From the NCBI GenBank assembly GCA_949841325.1, contig CATKZK010000002.1:663-64662 (forward strand): a stretch of DNA of 64,000 nt. The letters run 5' to 3'. This DNA is from an uncultured Bacilli bacterium. GTDB taxonomy: Bacteria; Bacillota_I; Bacilli_A; RF39; UBA660. The notes beneath the pieces were generated by a model. That model saw only the letters and a list, made by a program, of their open reading frames with translations. It searched no databases and was not told the DNA's origin. Positions 1 through 10,482 of the stretch are shown one piece after another (positions within the stretch are counted from its first letter, which is position 1; each line of letters starts with the position of its first letter). A program made the position numbers and the translations under genes.

Positions 1-1390
1 ATGATTCGAATTCCTTCATTTACTTCTAATGTGACAACAACATCTTGATTTGTAGCTGTTGAAATACTATATACTAATTTTCCAAACAGATTTGGGTTGA
101 CAATCCAATCTACTTTAGCAGTAATACTTCCTTTATTTCCAGCTTTATCTACAAATTCAAATGTAAATTCTCCATTATGTGTAAAGACATATTCATTTGA
201 ACCATTATTATTTGTAATTGTTACTTCTTCGTCTGTTGATAATGTTGCTTTTACAGATTCACTAGTTGACTCTTGTTTATCATACGAAACAGTTCCAACT
301 GGTGCCTTTTTATCGATCCAATCTACTTTCGCTGTAACTGAACCTTTATTTCCAACTTGATCAACAAACTCAAATGTAAACTCGCCATTTTTTGTAAATG
401 TATACGTTTTACTTCCATTATTATTTGTTACTGTAACACCCTCTTGTACTTGTAATATTGCAGTAACATCTTGATTCGTTAATTCATTTTTATCATAAGT
501 AATTGTTCCCTCTGGCGCTTTCTTATTTATCCAGTCAACTTTAGCTGTATAACTTCCTTTGTTTCCAGCTTCATCTACAAATTCAAATGTAAATTCTCCA
601 TTTTCTTTAAAGATATGTTTATCAGAACCATTGTTGTTTGTTATTGTTGTCTTTTTATTCGTTATTAAGGTAGCTTCTACATCTTTATTTGTAGCTGTTT
701 CTATATTATATACGACTGTTCCTTTTGGAGCTTCACGATCAATCCAGTTTACTTTTGCAGTAACAGTTCCTCTATTACCAGCCTTATCTACAAACTCAAA
801 TGTGAATTCTCCATTTTCCTTAAAGGTATAATTTTTGTTTCCACCATTATTGGTTACAGCAACACCATTTTCTACATTCAATGTTGCTACTACATTTTGA
901 TTCGTTGCAGTAGTCTTATTGTAAGTAACTGTTCCAATTGGTGCTTTTTTATTTATCCATGTTACATTAGCAGTTGCTGTTCCCTCATTACCTGCATCAT
1001 CCACAAATTCAAATGTAAATTCTCCATTTTCTGTGAAAGTATATGTTTTACTTCCGTTATTATTGGTTACAGTAACATTTTCACTTGGAACTAGAGTAAC
1101 AACAACATCATAATTTGTAACATCTCTTATACTATATTCGATGGTTCCTGTTGGAGCAACTTTATCAATCCAAGTTACGGATGCAGGAATCGTTCCAACA
1201 TTTCCATCATGATCAGTGTATTCAAAGATGAATGTTCCATTTTTATCAAATGTGTAAGTTTTACTTCCATTATTATTTGTTACTTCTATATCTTTATCAG
1301 ATACAAGAGTAGCTATAACAGAAGAATTAGTTTTATTAGTTATGTTATACTCAACACTTACATGAGGAGCAATTTGACTAATATCTTCAT
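1..1390 (-). repeat. Tandem coding repeat, exact 213-bp (71-aa) period, about 6.5 copies
   Basis: The landmark TCAAATGT recurs at 157, 370, 583, 796 and 1009, with a variant at 1222 (spacing 213 bp each). Each unit encodes TNNNGSKTYTFTENGEFTFEFVDxAGNxGTxTAxVxWIDKKAPxGT. Confidence 0.9.
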
Positions 1391-4300
1391 ATAAATTTAT
1401 CATGGCAGCTGACGCAAATATTCCATATGTATCAGTCTCAAATTTTACATATTGTCCATAAATACTTTCACCGAAAACTATTTTTCGCATTTCCACTTCT
1501 TGAGCAATATTTTCCATACTTCCTGCTAAAGTCCAGTCATCACCATCTAAGCTTACATATACACGGACATTTTTTATATAATCAGGATCATTAATTTTAT
1601 ATTTCTTTTGAATAAACTCTAAAGCAGAGATATACCTAGGTGAATCTAATTTGATTGTAACAAATGGTTTAACACTTTGAGTTAATACTGAATATCTAAA
1701 ATCAGTATGCCATAAAGTATTAGGATTTCCATCAATTACATTAGGTGCATAGAAAGGTCTAGTTGAATCAATCGATTGTGTGGAATATCCACTTATTGAT
1801 AAATGTTTTATTGAAATATATTTTTCTTCATCAGGGTGATTATCTTCTGTAAAGTGATATTCTAAAACGTTACTTGCAACAGTCGTAGAAGTTGCTTTAG
1901 CTCTAACTTGAAGAGTTCTATTACCAATAACAACTGGTTCTTCTTCACTATAAGAAGTCCAATCATTTGTATCAGAATATTTCCATTCAAGTTTTGAAGT
2001 ATCACCAATAGCTATTAGTCTATTTTCTAAATCATTCAAATATGGATTAAGTTCTAAAGGATCAGCATCTTTAATCTTAATAGAATATTCAGTATTGTCT
2101 CCACTTAGTTTAATTTTGATACCATTTTCTGCTGTGATATTTGATAAATCTTCTTTTGATAATTGAGCATTATTTCCAGATACAGTTTTCCATGTTGCTC
2201 CATTATCTATAGAATATTTCCATTCTTTTGAATAATCAGCATCATTTAAGACGATTTTTCCTGCATTATTTCCATCAAATGAGAAATTTGCTACTACTTT
2301 AATTGCAGTATTTTCATAGAAATTAAACATTGCTCCAGCAATAAAACTATTACTTGCACTTGCAGCTTGTGTTTTCTTACCAACAATTTTGATATATTGT
2401 CCTCTTACAGGTTCAAAATCAATCGTTCTAACTCCAACATCAGCCGTATTTTTATACGTCCAATCAGTTACTGCAGCTTCAACATAGTTTTCTCCATCCA
2501 TACTGATAAGTATTTGAGCTTGCTCTATTTTTCCATTTCCACCAGCTAAAGGATAATAATCCATTGCTGTTATATTTCTTGGTTCATCTAGTTTTATAAC
2601 AATTTCTTTAGTTCTATCACTACCATTCCAAGCAGAATGCCAATTCGTATTAATATTTCCATCTATAATATTTCTTGCATATCTTCCTTGTGCAGTAGCT
2701 TCTGATGAAACACTTTCAATAGAAAGATGTTCAATTTTTACATATTTTCTATCATTAGGTTGAACATTATTAGTAAAATGATATGTTACAGAATCTTTTG
2801 AAGCTAGATATAATCCAGTAGCTCCTGCTTTTACTATTACATCTCTATCTCCTGATAGATCAGGTTCTGCATCTTTATAATATGTCCACTTATCATTTTC
2901 ATTATATTTCCACATCATTGTAGGTACTGCTGCAATCAATTTATCTTCTAAATCATTTGCATAAAGCGTACTTGGCAATCCTAAAGATTCTTGAATATCG
3001 ATCTTAAACAGGTTTTCTTCAGAATAATTGACACCAACAACATGAATATATATATCATTTTCTGCTGTAATACTAGCAATTTGTTCAGCAGTTAATTCTA
3101 ATTCGTGGGCCTCATCTCCTGTAAAGGAAACTTCATTCCATGTCTTTTTACCATCTAAACTATAATCCCATCTAATTCCATTTCCATCAAAACGATTTGA
3201 AAGGACAATTTTATTTGCTTTATTTCCATCAAATGAGAATGTAGCTAATGTAGAATCGAAAAGTCCTAAAAGGTAGGATGCTTCAACTCTAGTAACTCCA
3301 GGTTGTAAGACATCAGTTCCTTGATAATTCTTCGCTTTAGTTAAAGTGCTTGTAACTAATAAGGAATACTTGAATTGATAAGCATTTGATGTAAATTTAG
3401 GTTTAATCAATGCAGATAGTTGATAAAATGGTAAAGGATATTCTAAGAAACTATCACTCAATTCTTTTACTAAATTAAAGTAGTCTTCTTCAGTCTTAGT
3501 AGAATCATTATTATATAATTCAATTAATTTATACCAAGCATCTACATTAAAATCCAAAGCTTTTATTGATGCACGAAGGCATTCCTCGTATTTACTTGGG
3601 TCATTTTTATAACTATTTGCAAGCATTAATAATTCACTAGATCTTTGATAATCTTCAAATCTATTTAATGCCTCTTGTGCCATTACCATGTAGGTTACAG
3701 TATAGCCGGTTGCATATTTTCGATCATTACCCCATCCAAGAAGCATTCTTTCTCCCTTCTCAGATAAAGTCCATCCACTTACGTCATTGTCAATTCCCCA
3801 GTAACCTTGTCCACTCGTATTTTGTGAATAATATAAAAGTGCTGCATGCCCAGGTTGACCTATAACAGTAGCTGGAATACCATGAGTGGTACGAATATTA
3901 GATCCAGATTTAGATATTCCTCCACAAACAGCTCCTGTACCAAATTTGTTTCTAAAGTTCATCCAAACTTTATATAATTTATAATCTGATGTTCCTCTTG
4001 TAACTTTTAAAGTGTACTCTTTTGAATCGGTTCCTCCAGGAATTGTATAAGTCAAATCCCATAGTCCAATTTTTTCTTCTGGATTATTTCTATCAGGAAC
4101 GGCAAATAATTCATTAAAATAATCTTTATTCGCCTCATCATAATAAATACTGTTTCCATAATTTGGCCAAACATATGCCATATATGGGTGTGGTGTTAAA
4201 AGACTACCTACACTAGATGGAGTAGCGTCAATTTTAGATTGAACATAGTCGTTTAACCATAAAATCGATTCATCATCAATAGCATTATTCATAATAAATC

Positions 4301-5552
4301 TCATAGTTTCAACAGGTAAACTCTCAAACATAGGTGTCATATCAACACTATCAGTTGCTTTAAATCTACCATTTTTATGCATAAATCTATAAATAGCATA
4401 ACGAACAACTGCATCAGATTGATCTTCTTTAGAATTTTGCATCCATAATCTAACAGTAGTTGAATGTGTTAATGATAAAGCAAATGCCATTTTCTTATAT
4501 AAATCGCCATAAGTTAAAGTGGAATCCCATTTATTATTAAGAAGTGTAGTATTTGTAAAATCATTTTTATAATTACTATAAAGTCTCGTAAGTTGAACTA
4601 TAGCATTATAATAACTTCCTTCAGGTTTTCCACCCATTACATATAATTTTAAGTTTTCTAAATTAGTCATTAACCAACTAAGGGTTTCATTATATACAGA
4701 ATTAAATGTTGCTAAATTTTGTAATAAATCGTATGTAGCATTATTAACAAATTCTCTTTGCAACAAGATTAATTCTTGCTCATTAGTTAAATTAGCTGAT
4801 GGGAAAGTTCTTATTATCTCATCATATTCTTCTACTGTTTTAATATAATCTACTTTCAAAACAGGTTCTTGATAACTTTCACTAATTAATTTTGCATTTG
4901 CAATAACTGAATGGTCATTACTATTGTTTCCACAGTCTTGAATGACAAACTTAATATATTTTACATTCTTCACTGGATATTTTAGAAAATACGCATCAGT
5001 CGCTCCCTTAAATACGGCATTATTATTAACTTTTTCTTTTAAAGTCCAATTCTTTCCATCATCCGATGTGTGAATTTCAAATCTAACACCATTTCCTATA
5101 GTTCCTCGATCAGCATTTACTCCTAAATAAGCTGTTAAATAATCGTAGTTATATTTAGTTAAGTCATAGGCAACTGTTGCATTGGCATGAGCTAAAATAC
5201 CTTTCATAAACATCTTTTGTTTTCCATCAATATTGACAGTAATTAGTCCCCCGGATAAATTCTTGTCTAATTGAATCGTACTATAAGATGTATAAGAGAT
5301 ATCTGTCATGTATGGAATATCTGAAAGATAAACGAAATCCTTCGCTTCAGCTTTACTTTGTTGTGTATTAGCTAAATTAATATTTTCAGAATTTCCAGAG
5401 TTCAATCCAATATCTGCATTATTTATTGCTAACTCTTTTTCTGCTCCAATTGGTGGTCCAACTGTAGAGAGTATCACTAAGATGAATGATAGCACTCCTA
5501 TACAAATTAAATCATGCATGTAAGTCTTTGAAAATAGAATCATCTTTTTCAT
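1..5552 (-). CDS. Very large secreted/cell-surface multidomain protein (N-terminus and about 1,850 codons in window; C-terminus lies beyond the window start)
   Basis: Continuous minus-strand reading frame from ATG at 5552-5550, preceded by GGGGGAA. It is absent from the ORF track because it runs off the edge. My translation starts MKKMILFSKTYMHDLICIGVLSFILVILSTVG (signal/TM). It then shows an NPCBM-like module (FVYLSDIPYM...GNGVRFEIHTSDDGKNW), a transglutaminase-like Cys-His-Asp core (GAVCGGISKS...HGIPATVIGQPGHAALLYY...GIDNDV), at least two F5/8 type C-like modules (IDGNINTNWHS, IDGNPNTLWHT) and 71-aa Ig-like repeats. Confidence 0.8.
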   Translation of the reverse strand, partial: MKKMILFSKTYMHDLICIGVLSFILVILSTVGPPIGAEKELAINNADIGLNSGNSENINLANTQQSKAEAKDFVYLSDIPYMTDISYTSYSTIQLDKNLSGGLITVNIDGKQKMFMKGILAHANATVAYDLTKYNYDYLTAYLGVNADRGTIGNGVRFEIHTSDDGKNWTLKEKVNNNAVFKGATDAYFLKYPVKNVKYIKFVIQDCGNNSNDHSVIANAKLISESYQEPVLKVDYIKTVEEYDEIIRTFPSANLTNEQELILLQREFVNNATYDLLQNLATFNSVYNETLSWLMTNLENLKLYVMGGKPEGSYYNAIVQLTRLYSNYKNDFTNTTLLNNKWDSTLTYGDLYKKMAFALSLTHSTTVRLWMQNSKEDQSDAVVRYAIYRFMHKNGRFKATDSVDMTPMFESLPVETMRFIMNNAIDDESILWLNDYVQSKIDATPSSVGSLLTPHPYMAYVWPNYGNSIYYDEANKDYFNELFAVPDRNNPEEKIGLWDLTYTIPGGTDSKEYTLKVTRGTSDYKLYKVWMNFRNKFGTGAVCGGISKSGSNIRTTHGIPATVIGQPGHAALLYYSQNTSGQGYWGIDNDVSGWTLSEKGERMLLGWGNDRKYATGYTVTYMVMAQEALNRFEDYQRSSELLMLANSYKNDPSKYEECLRASIKALDFNVDAWYKLIELYNNDSTKTEEDYFNLVKELSDSFLEYPLPFYQLSALIKPKFTSNAYQFKYSLLVTSTLTKAKNYQGTDVLQPGVTRVEASYLLGLFDSTLATFSFDGNKANKIVLSNRFDGNGIRWDYSLDGKKTWNEVSFTGDEAHELELTAEQIASITAENDIYIHVVGVNYSEENLFKIDIQESLGLPSTLYANDLEDKLIAAVPTMMWKYNENDKWTYYKDAEPDLSGDRDVIVKAGATGLYLASKDSVTYHFTNNVQPNDRKYVKIEHLSIESVSSEATAQGRYARNIIDGNINTNWHSAWNGSDRTKEIVIKLDEPRNITAMDYYPLAGGNGKIEQAQILISMDGENYVEAAVTDWTYKNTADVGVRTIDFEPVRGQYIKIVGKKTQAASASNSFIAGAMFNFYENTAIKVVANFSFDGNNAGKIVLNDADYSKEWKYSIDNGATWKTVSGNNAQLSKEDLSNITAENGIKIKLSGDNTEYSIKIKDADPLELNPYLNDLENRLIAIGDTSKLEWKYSDTNDWTSYSEEEPVVIGNRTLQVRAKATSTTVASNVLEYHFTEDNHPDEEKYISIKHLSISGYSTQSIDSTRPFYAPNVIDGNPNTLWHTDFRYSVLTQSVKPFVTIKLDSPRYISALEFIQKKYKINDPDYIKNVRVYVSLDGDDWTLAGSMENIAQEVEMRKIVFGESIYGQYVKFETDTYGIFASAAMINLYEDISQIAPHVSVEYNITNKTNSSVIATLVSDKDIEVTNNNGSKTYTFDKNGTFIFEYTDHDGNVGTIPASVTWIDKVAPTGTIEYSIRDVTNYDVVVTLVPSENVTVTNNNGSKTYTFTENGEFTFEFVDDAGNEGTATANVTWINKKAPIGTVTYNKTTATNQNVVATLNVENGVAVTNNGGNKNYTFKENGEFTFEFVDKAGNRGTVTAKVNWIDREAPKGTVVYNIETATNKDVEATLITNKKTTITNNNGSDKHIFKENGEFTFEFVDEAGNKGSYTAKVDWINKKAPEGTITYDKNELTNQDVTAILQVQEGVTVTNNNGSKTYTFTKNGEFTFEFVDQVGNKGSVTAKVDWIDKKAPVGTVSYDKQESTSESVKATLSTDEEVTITNNNGSNEYVFTHNGEFTFEFVDKAGNKGSITAKVDWIVNPNLFGKLVYSISTATNQDVVVTLEVNEGIRI

Positions 5553-5646
5553 TGCGCATTTCCCCCATTTATTTAATTTTCAAATAGTATACAAAAAAAA
5601 TCGAAAAAAATCAAGTTTTAGAAAAAAATCATGTTTGTTATCCATT

Positions 5647-6411
5647 CTATCTAGGATATCCCACATACATCATACCATTTCCTTCCAATCCTCCTATGCC
5701 ATTTTTACCATATTTTGTTTTGTTAAGTAACTCCTTAATATCAATACTTCTGCGCTTATCTGTCATCGCAATATTAACGGCAATGACTGCGGGATCTAAC
5801 GCATGAATATTTACTCTTTTAGGACTAGATGCAAAATTAGCCCCACTTTTTATGATATCTTCATAATCACTTTGACAAGCTCCTGCTATAATAACGAGTT
5901 TTTCGTGTGATTTTTCAAAATTTCTAGCAATTTGGACACATCGAGCAAAATACTTTGAATTCTTATAATTATTGATATTATTTGTATTTCCCATTCTATC
6001 ATAGAAGGCATCGTGCCCCGTAATAACTAATATATCTGGATTAATTTCTTTCAAATACTGTTCTACTACTCCTGGCATCTCAGATTCTTTTATTTTACGA
6101 CCAATCGCTAAAACTCCTGCTTTTTTATAAAACTCCAAACTTTTATTTAAATAATCTTCATCCCCATCAATATGAAGAATTTTTCCTGGAAGATAAAAAT
6201 ACTCATCGCGATCACATAAATCAAAAGATATACTAGGTGTATAATCATCTTTTCGATCACACTGATTTAAATCACTTAAAGGAGCATCTGCATATAATCG
6301 AATGTCTGTTCCTTTTAAATAGGCAATATCCTCCTTAATTTCTAGTATAATAAATATAACATCGTCATTATAACTCTTTCTAGTTACTGTATTTCCCACT
6401 TCAAACATCAT
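5647..6411 (-). CDS. yabG: Sporulation-specific peptidase YabG
   Basis: 254-aa track ORF. The overall pattern (MMFEVGNTV...ITGHDAFY...IIAGACQS) matches my recollection of the YabG/U57 family, and it sits directly downstream of rsmA as in Bacillus subtilis. Confidence 0.75.
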   Translation of the reverse strand: MMFEVGNTVTRKSYNDDVIFIILEIKEDIAYLKGTDIRLYADAPLSDLNQCDRKDDYTPSISFDLCDRDEYFYLPGKILHIDGDEDYLNKSLEFYKKAGVLAIGRKIKESEMPGVVEQYLKEINPDILVITGHDAFYDRMGNTNNINNYKNSKYFARCVQIARNFEKSHEKLVIIAGACQSDYEDIIKSGANFASSPKRVNIHALDPAVIAVNIAMTDKRRSIDIKELLNKTKYGKNGIGGLEGNGMMYVGYPR

Positions 6412-6452
6412 AAATCACCTAGTATATTATATGAATAAAAAAAGGAGAGTTG

Positions 6453-7229
6453 CTAAAATTTACTAGCAATCTCTATAAAAACGGAAAAGGGGATCTCTTC
6501 TGCACGATGATCAAGTGAATATCCATTCTTTTTTAAAATTTCTTCTATCTTTTCAGTATCGTACTGTTTTAAATTGTTTTTAAGTGTTTTTCTTTTAAAT
6601 TGAAAAGAGTCTTTCACTATTTTACTAAATTTAGAATAGTCAATCTCTGCTTTCTCTGTTTTAGCTGTAAATTTTACAACAGCACTCTCTACTTTGGGTT
6701 TTGGAATAAAATAGTTTTTACTGACATCAAACAATTTAGAAACATGAAAATAGGCATTTAAGAAAACAGTTATTGCGCCATATTCACGATGATTTGGTTT
6801 AGCGACAAAACGTTCTGCCACTTCCTTTTGTACCATAAAAACCGCTTCATATATAGGTATTTTATCAGTAATTATCTTTGAGATTATCGGTGTTGTTATA
6901 TAATAAGGTAAATTTCCTATAACAAATATTCTGTTACAATCGTAAGCTCTTATATCTGACATAATGTCACGTTTTAAAAAATCATCATAGATAATATGTG
7001 TATGTTCATCTTCTAATTCATCTAGATAAAGTCTTGTCTCTTGATCTATTTCATAGCATATCAAATGAGTACCATATTGTTTTAATCTTTTAGAAAGAGC
7101 ACCTGCTCCTGGACCTATTTCGATGATTAAATCCTTATTCGTTGGCTCTATGGATTGAACAATCTTATTTATAATAGTTTGATTAGTTAAAAAATTTTGG
7201 CCATATTTCTTTTTAAAAACAAATTCCAT
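6453..7229 (-). CDS. rsmA: 16S rRNA (adenine1518/1519-N6)-dimethyltransferase RsmA/KsgA
   Basis: YGQNFL, EIGPGAGALS and GNLPYYITTPI motifs. I chose the internal start MEFVFKKKYGQNFL (ATG 7229, SD GAGGGAG) instead of the 29-codon upstream extension. Confidence 0.9.
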   Translation of the reverse strand: MEFVFKKKYGQNFLTNQTIINKIVQSIEPTNKDLIIEIGPGAGALSKRLKQYGTHLICYEIDQETRLYLDELEDEHTHIIYDDFLKRDIMSDIRAYDCNRIFVIGNLPYYITTPIISKIITDKIPIYEAVFMVQKEVAERFVAKPNHREYGAITVFLNAYFHVSKLFDVSKNYFIPKPKVESAVVKFTAKTEKAEIDYSKFSKIVKDSFQFKRKTLKNNLKQYDTEKIEEILKKNGYSLDHRAEEIPFSVFIEIASKF

Positions 7230-7294
7230 ATAATCTCCCTCAAAAAGATTGTAACATACTATTTTATATGCGAACAAGAAAAAAGAAAGGAATT

Positions 7295-7846
7295 TTAACT
7301 TTCCTTTCTTTCCCAACCAAATCTTAAAACATCATAAGTTAACTTATGTCTTCCAACATTTTTTAAAGCATAGCTTTCAGATGGAACTAATAAATCTATA
7401 TCATTTCCCAATACACCACGGTCTAAAACAATTGCGGTAATAGGTTCATCACTAATATATTTGGCATCAAATGTGATAACAGAACCACAAGGTAAATTCT
7501 TACTTGATGCAACAATTCTTACATCTCCGTAATCAGTATCATTATAAATAGTAGTACCATCACGAACATCTTGTCCTGTACATCCTAATTTTCCACTACA
7601 AAGTGCACAATTAGCGCCATAGCCTGTTAAATCTCCTGTAAATGTATCCAATGGATAATACTTATCTGCCATTTGAATTTCATTTAATTTCACAGCCATT
7701 GCCGTTAAATCAATGGTTTTATTTAAATTCTCATTTGAGACTTTACCAAGTCCATTCATTACATTTACTTTTTGTAAAGTAAATAATACCCCTAATAATA
7801 GAAGAATCTTGGTTGTTTTAAACAGTTGAGTTGTTACTTTCTTCAT
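7295..7846 (-). CDS. Secreted 3D-domain protein (YabE-like position)
   Basis: N-terminal hydrophobic segment KILLLLGVLFTL. The C-terminus has a 3D-domain-like pattern (GYGANCALCSG...TGQDVRDG...VASS..LPCGSVI...AIVLDRG). Its position between tatD and rsmA equals yabE in B. subtilis. Confidence 0.6.
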   Translation of the reverse strand: MKKVTTQLFKTTKILLLLGVLFTLQKVNVMNGLGKVSNENLNKTIDLTAMAVKLNEIQMADKYYPLDTFTGDLTGYGANCALCSGKLGCTGQDVRDGTTIYNDTDYGDVRIVASSKNLPCGSVITFDAKYISDEPITAIVLDRGVLGNDIDLLVPSESYALKNVGRHKLTYDVLRFGWERKES

Positions 7847-7883
7847 ATCATCACCCTACAATCTAATTGTAGCAAAAAGGATT

Positions 7884-8633
7884 TTATATGTCAAAGATTT
7901 CAGTGACATTTTTTTCGATTTGTTCTGCTACTCTAGTAATAGGTATATGTTTTGTATTTGCAAGGTATTCTGCTATGACAGGAATATATTTTGGCTCATT
8001 TTGGTATTTTCTGTAAGGTTCAGGCGTAAGATATGGGGCATCCGTCTCTAAAACTAACTTTTCTAAAGGAATTTCGTTAATCACCTCATCAATATGTGCT
8101 TTTTTAAATGTCATAACACCACCAACACCAATAAAAAATCCCATATTTATCAGAATTTGAGCCGTTTCTAAACTTCCTGAAAAACAGTGCAAAATCCCCT
8201 TTACTCGATGACGATTTAAAATATCAATCGTGTCTTTCGTTGCCTCACGACTGTGAATAATGACTGGCTTTTCTACTTCTTCTGCTAAATCAAGCATTTC
8301 ATCGAATAAAAGTAGTTGTTCATTTCTTAACTCTTTGCCATAGTAATAATCTAATCCAATTTCTCCTATTCCTACAAATTTGGGATGATTTTTTAAAGAG
8401 AGGACATAAGATTTAAACTCAGTTCGTTCTTCTTCTACACTTTCAGGATGAATACCCAAGCAAAAATAGACTGAGGGATACTTTTCAGCTAAAGAAACAA
8501 CCTCTTTACTATTTTCCATATTTGTTGCAGCAACAATCATTTTATGAACTCCTGAATCTATGGCGTCTTCTATCACTTTTTCAATGGTTTGATAATACTC
8601 TTTAAAAAGATGACAATGCGTATCTGTATACAT
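7884..8633 (-). CDS. tatD: TatD/YabD family metal-dependent DNase/hydrolase
   Basis: MYTDTHCHL start after SD GGAGG (internal start chosen), with later GIGEIGLDY and ETDAPYL motifs. Confidence 0.85.
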   Translation of the reverse strand: MYTDTHCHLFKEYYQTIEKVIEDAIDSGVHKMIVAATNMENSKEVVSLAEKYPSVYFCLGIHPESVEEERTEFKSYVLSLKNHPKFVGIGEIGLDYYYGKELRNEQLLLFDEMLDLAEEVEKPVIIHSREATKDTIDILNRHRVKGILHCFSGSLETAQILINMGFFIGVGGVMTFKKAHIDEVINEIPLEKLVLETDAPYLTPEPYRKYQNEPKYIPVIAEYLANTKHIPITRVAEQIEKNVTEIFDI

Positions 8634-8670
8634 CTCATTTCCTCCTAAAATTGAAAATTTTAAGCTTCTT

Positions 8671-10203
8671 TTATAACTCAATGCGCTTAAATAGAATAGC
8701 AGATTCATTTACTTTTGTACCACTTGCATATTGGCCAAAAATTTTCGTTGTTTCATACTGTATTTTATCCGTATTGATGTATTCAAAAATCTTTTCGGCA
8801 GTATCTGGCAAAAATGGTTGTAAATAAACAGCACAAATACGAATGGATTCCGTTAAATTATATAAGACTTGTTTTAAACGGTCTTGACTTGCTTCTTCTT
8901 TTGCTAAAGCCCATGGCATTGTCTCATCAATATATTTATTAGATGCTCTTAGGCAATGAAAAACTTCATCAATTGCATCTGCGATTTTCAAATGGTCCAT
9001 TTTTTCTTTTACATTAACACCTAATTTTTCTACTTTTTCGATTAAACTTTGGTCAGGGTCCCCTATAACACCCGTTTTTTCAACAATACCATCAAAATAC
9101 TTATTCGTCATCGCAATAGTTCTATTTACTAGATTTCCAAGAATATTAGCTAAATCTGAATTATTTCGTTCAACAATTAGTTCTTCTGTAATAACTCCAT
9201 CATCTGCAAAAGGAATTTCATGTAAGACAAAATATCGAATTACATCTAGGCCATACTTTGATACAAGATCATCTGCATATAGAATATTCCCTTTTGACTT
9301 ACTCATTTTATCGCCTCCCGATAAAAGCCAAGGGTGTCCAAATACCTGCTTTGGAAGCTGAATATTTAAGCTCATAAGAAAGCAAGGCCAATAGATGGTA
9401 TGGAAGCGAATAATATCTTTCCCGATAAGATGCAAATCTGCCGGCCATAATTTATGAAATTCTTCACTTGAAGCTTCAACATCATAGCCAATATTTGTAA
9501 TATAGTTCGTTAAAGCATCAAGCCACACATAAACAACGTGTTTATCATCAAAGAGAACGGGAATTCCCCATTTAAATGAGGTACGAGAAACACAAAGATC
9601 TTGTAATCCTGGTTTGATAAAGTTATTCATCATTTCATTCTTTCTAGACTCTGGTTGAATAAATTCTGGATGACTTTCTATATAATCTACTAATTTATCT
9701 TGATATTTAGATAATCTGAAAAAATAGGCTTCTTCTTTTTTTTCTTCAACTTCTCGACCACAATCAGGGCATTTTCCATCAACCAATTGACTTTCAGTCC
9801 AAAAAGATTCACATGGAGTACAATAAAGACCTTTATATTCCCCTTTATAAATATCATCCTGTTCATACATCTTTTTAAAGATGTTTTGTACCACTTTTTC
9901 ATGATTTTTATCTGTCGTTCTTACAAATCGATCATAAGTCGTATTCATTAAATCCCAAATGTCTTTGATTTGTCCTGCCAATTGATCGACATATTCTTGT
10001 GGATTAATTCCCTTTTCTTTTGCTTTTAACTCAATTTTTTCGCCATGTTCATCTGTTCCCGTTTGAAAGTAAACATCATATCCTTCTAATCTTTTATTAC
10101 GCGCAATTGCATCAGCTAAGACAATCTCGTAAGTATTTCCTATGTGTGGTTTACTTGAAGTATAAGCTATTGCTGTAGATATATAGTATTTTTCTTTTTG
10201 CAT
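8671..10203 (-). CDS. metG: Methionine--tRNA ligase (short form, no C-terminal tRNA-binding extension)
   Basis: Class I signatures PHIGNTYE (HIGH) and KMSKS, and zinc knuckle CPDCG. A T-box leader lies upstream. Confidence 0.95.
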   Translation of the reverse strand: MQKEKYYISTAIAYTSSKPHIGNTYEIVLADAIARNKRLEGYDVYFQTGTDEHGEKIELKAKEKGINPQEYVDQLAGQIKDIWDLMNTTYDRFVRTTDKNHEKVVQNIFKKMYEQDDIYKGEYKGLYCTPCESFWTESQLVDGKCPDCGREVEEKKEEAYFFRLSKYQDKLVDYIESHPEFIQPESRKNEMMNNFIKPGLQDLCVSRTSFKWGIPVLFDDKHVVYVWLDALTNYITNIGYDVEASSEEFHKLWPADLHLIGKDIIRFHTIYWPCFLMSLNIQLPKQVFGHPWLLSGGDKMSKSKGNILYADDLVSKYGLDVIRYFVLHEIPFADDGVITEELIVERNNSDLANILGNLVNRTIAMTNKYFDGIVEKTGVIGDPDQSLIEKVEKLGVNVKEKMDHLKIADAIDEVFHCLRASNKYIDETMPWALAKEEASQDRLKQVLYNLTESIRICAVYLQPFLPDTAEKIFEYINTDKIQYETTKIFGQYASGTKVNESAILFKRIEL

Positions 10204-10451
10204 TTAACATTCTCCTTTATAAATTTGCTTATCATGTATTCGTTTACCTAATAAAAATAAAAAGCCATGAACTTAAGGACGAAAAATTTCCGCGATACCA
10301 CCTTAATTCATGACATACATGCTCTCAAATCTTAACGCGATAAAACGATTTAAACTCCAGACCCATTCGACTTTTCTTTGCCTTATCTGCTTTCACCTTA
10401 CCAGATTCTCTTTAAAAGGATTCAAAAAGCTTCTTTCCTTCACTGCTTAAC
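10204..10451 (-). promoter_or_regulatory. T-box riboswitch leader of metG (candidate Met specifier)
   Basis: The minus strand reads AATTAAGGTGGTATCGCGG (T-box sequence, 10290-10307). This is followed by a terminator hairpin (TCATGAATTAAGG...CCTTAAGTTCATGG) and a U-run. AGAGAA and GGTGAAAG stem-I elements lie upstream. A candidate AUG specifier is at 10364-10366. A sigma-A-like promoter TTGAGA-17-TATATT sits at 10486-10458. Confidence 0.8.
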
Positions 10452-10482
10452 AAGGCTAATATAACATATATTTTTTCTTTTC

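Noticed and set aside
97-1394. Plus-strand track ORFs (97-360, 559-831, 897-1094, 1209-1394) with repetitive STNSNVNSP-type peptides
   Set aside because: They are antisense shadows of the 213-bp tandem repeat inside the large minus-strand surface-protein gene. They have no SD sequences, are low in complexity, and the minus-strand frame is continuous for more than 5.5 kb.
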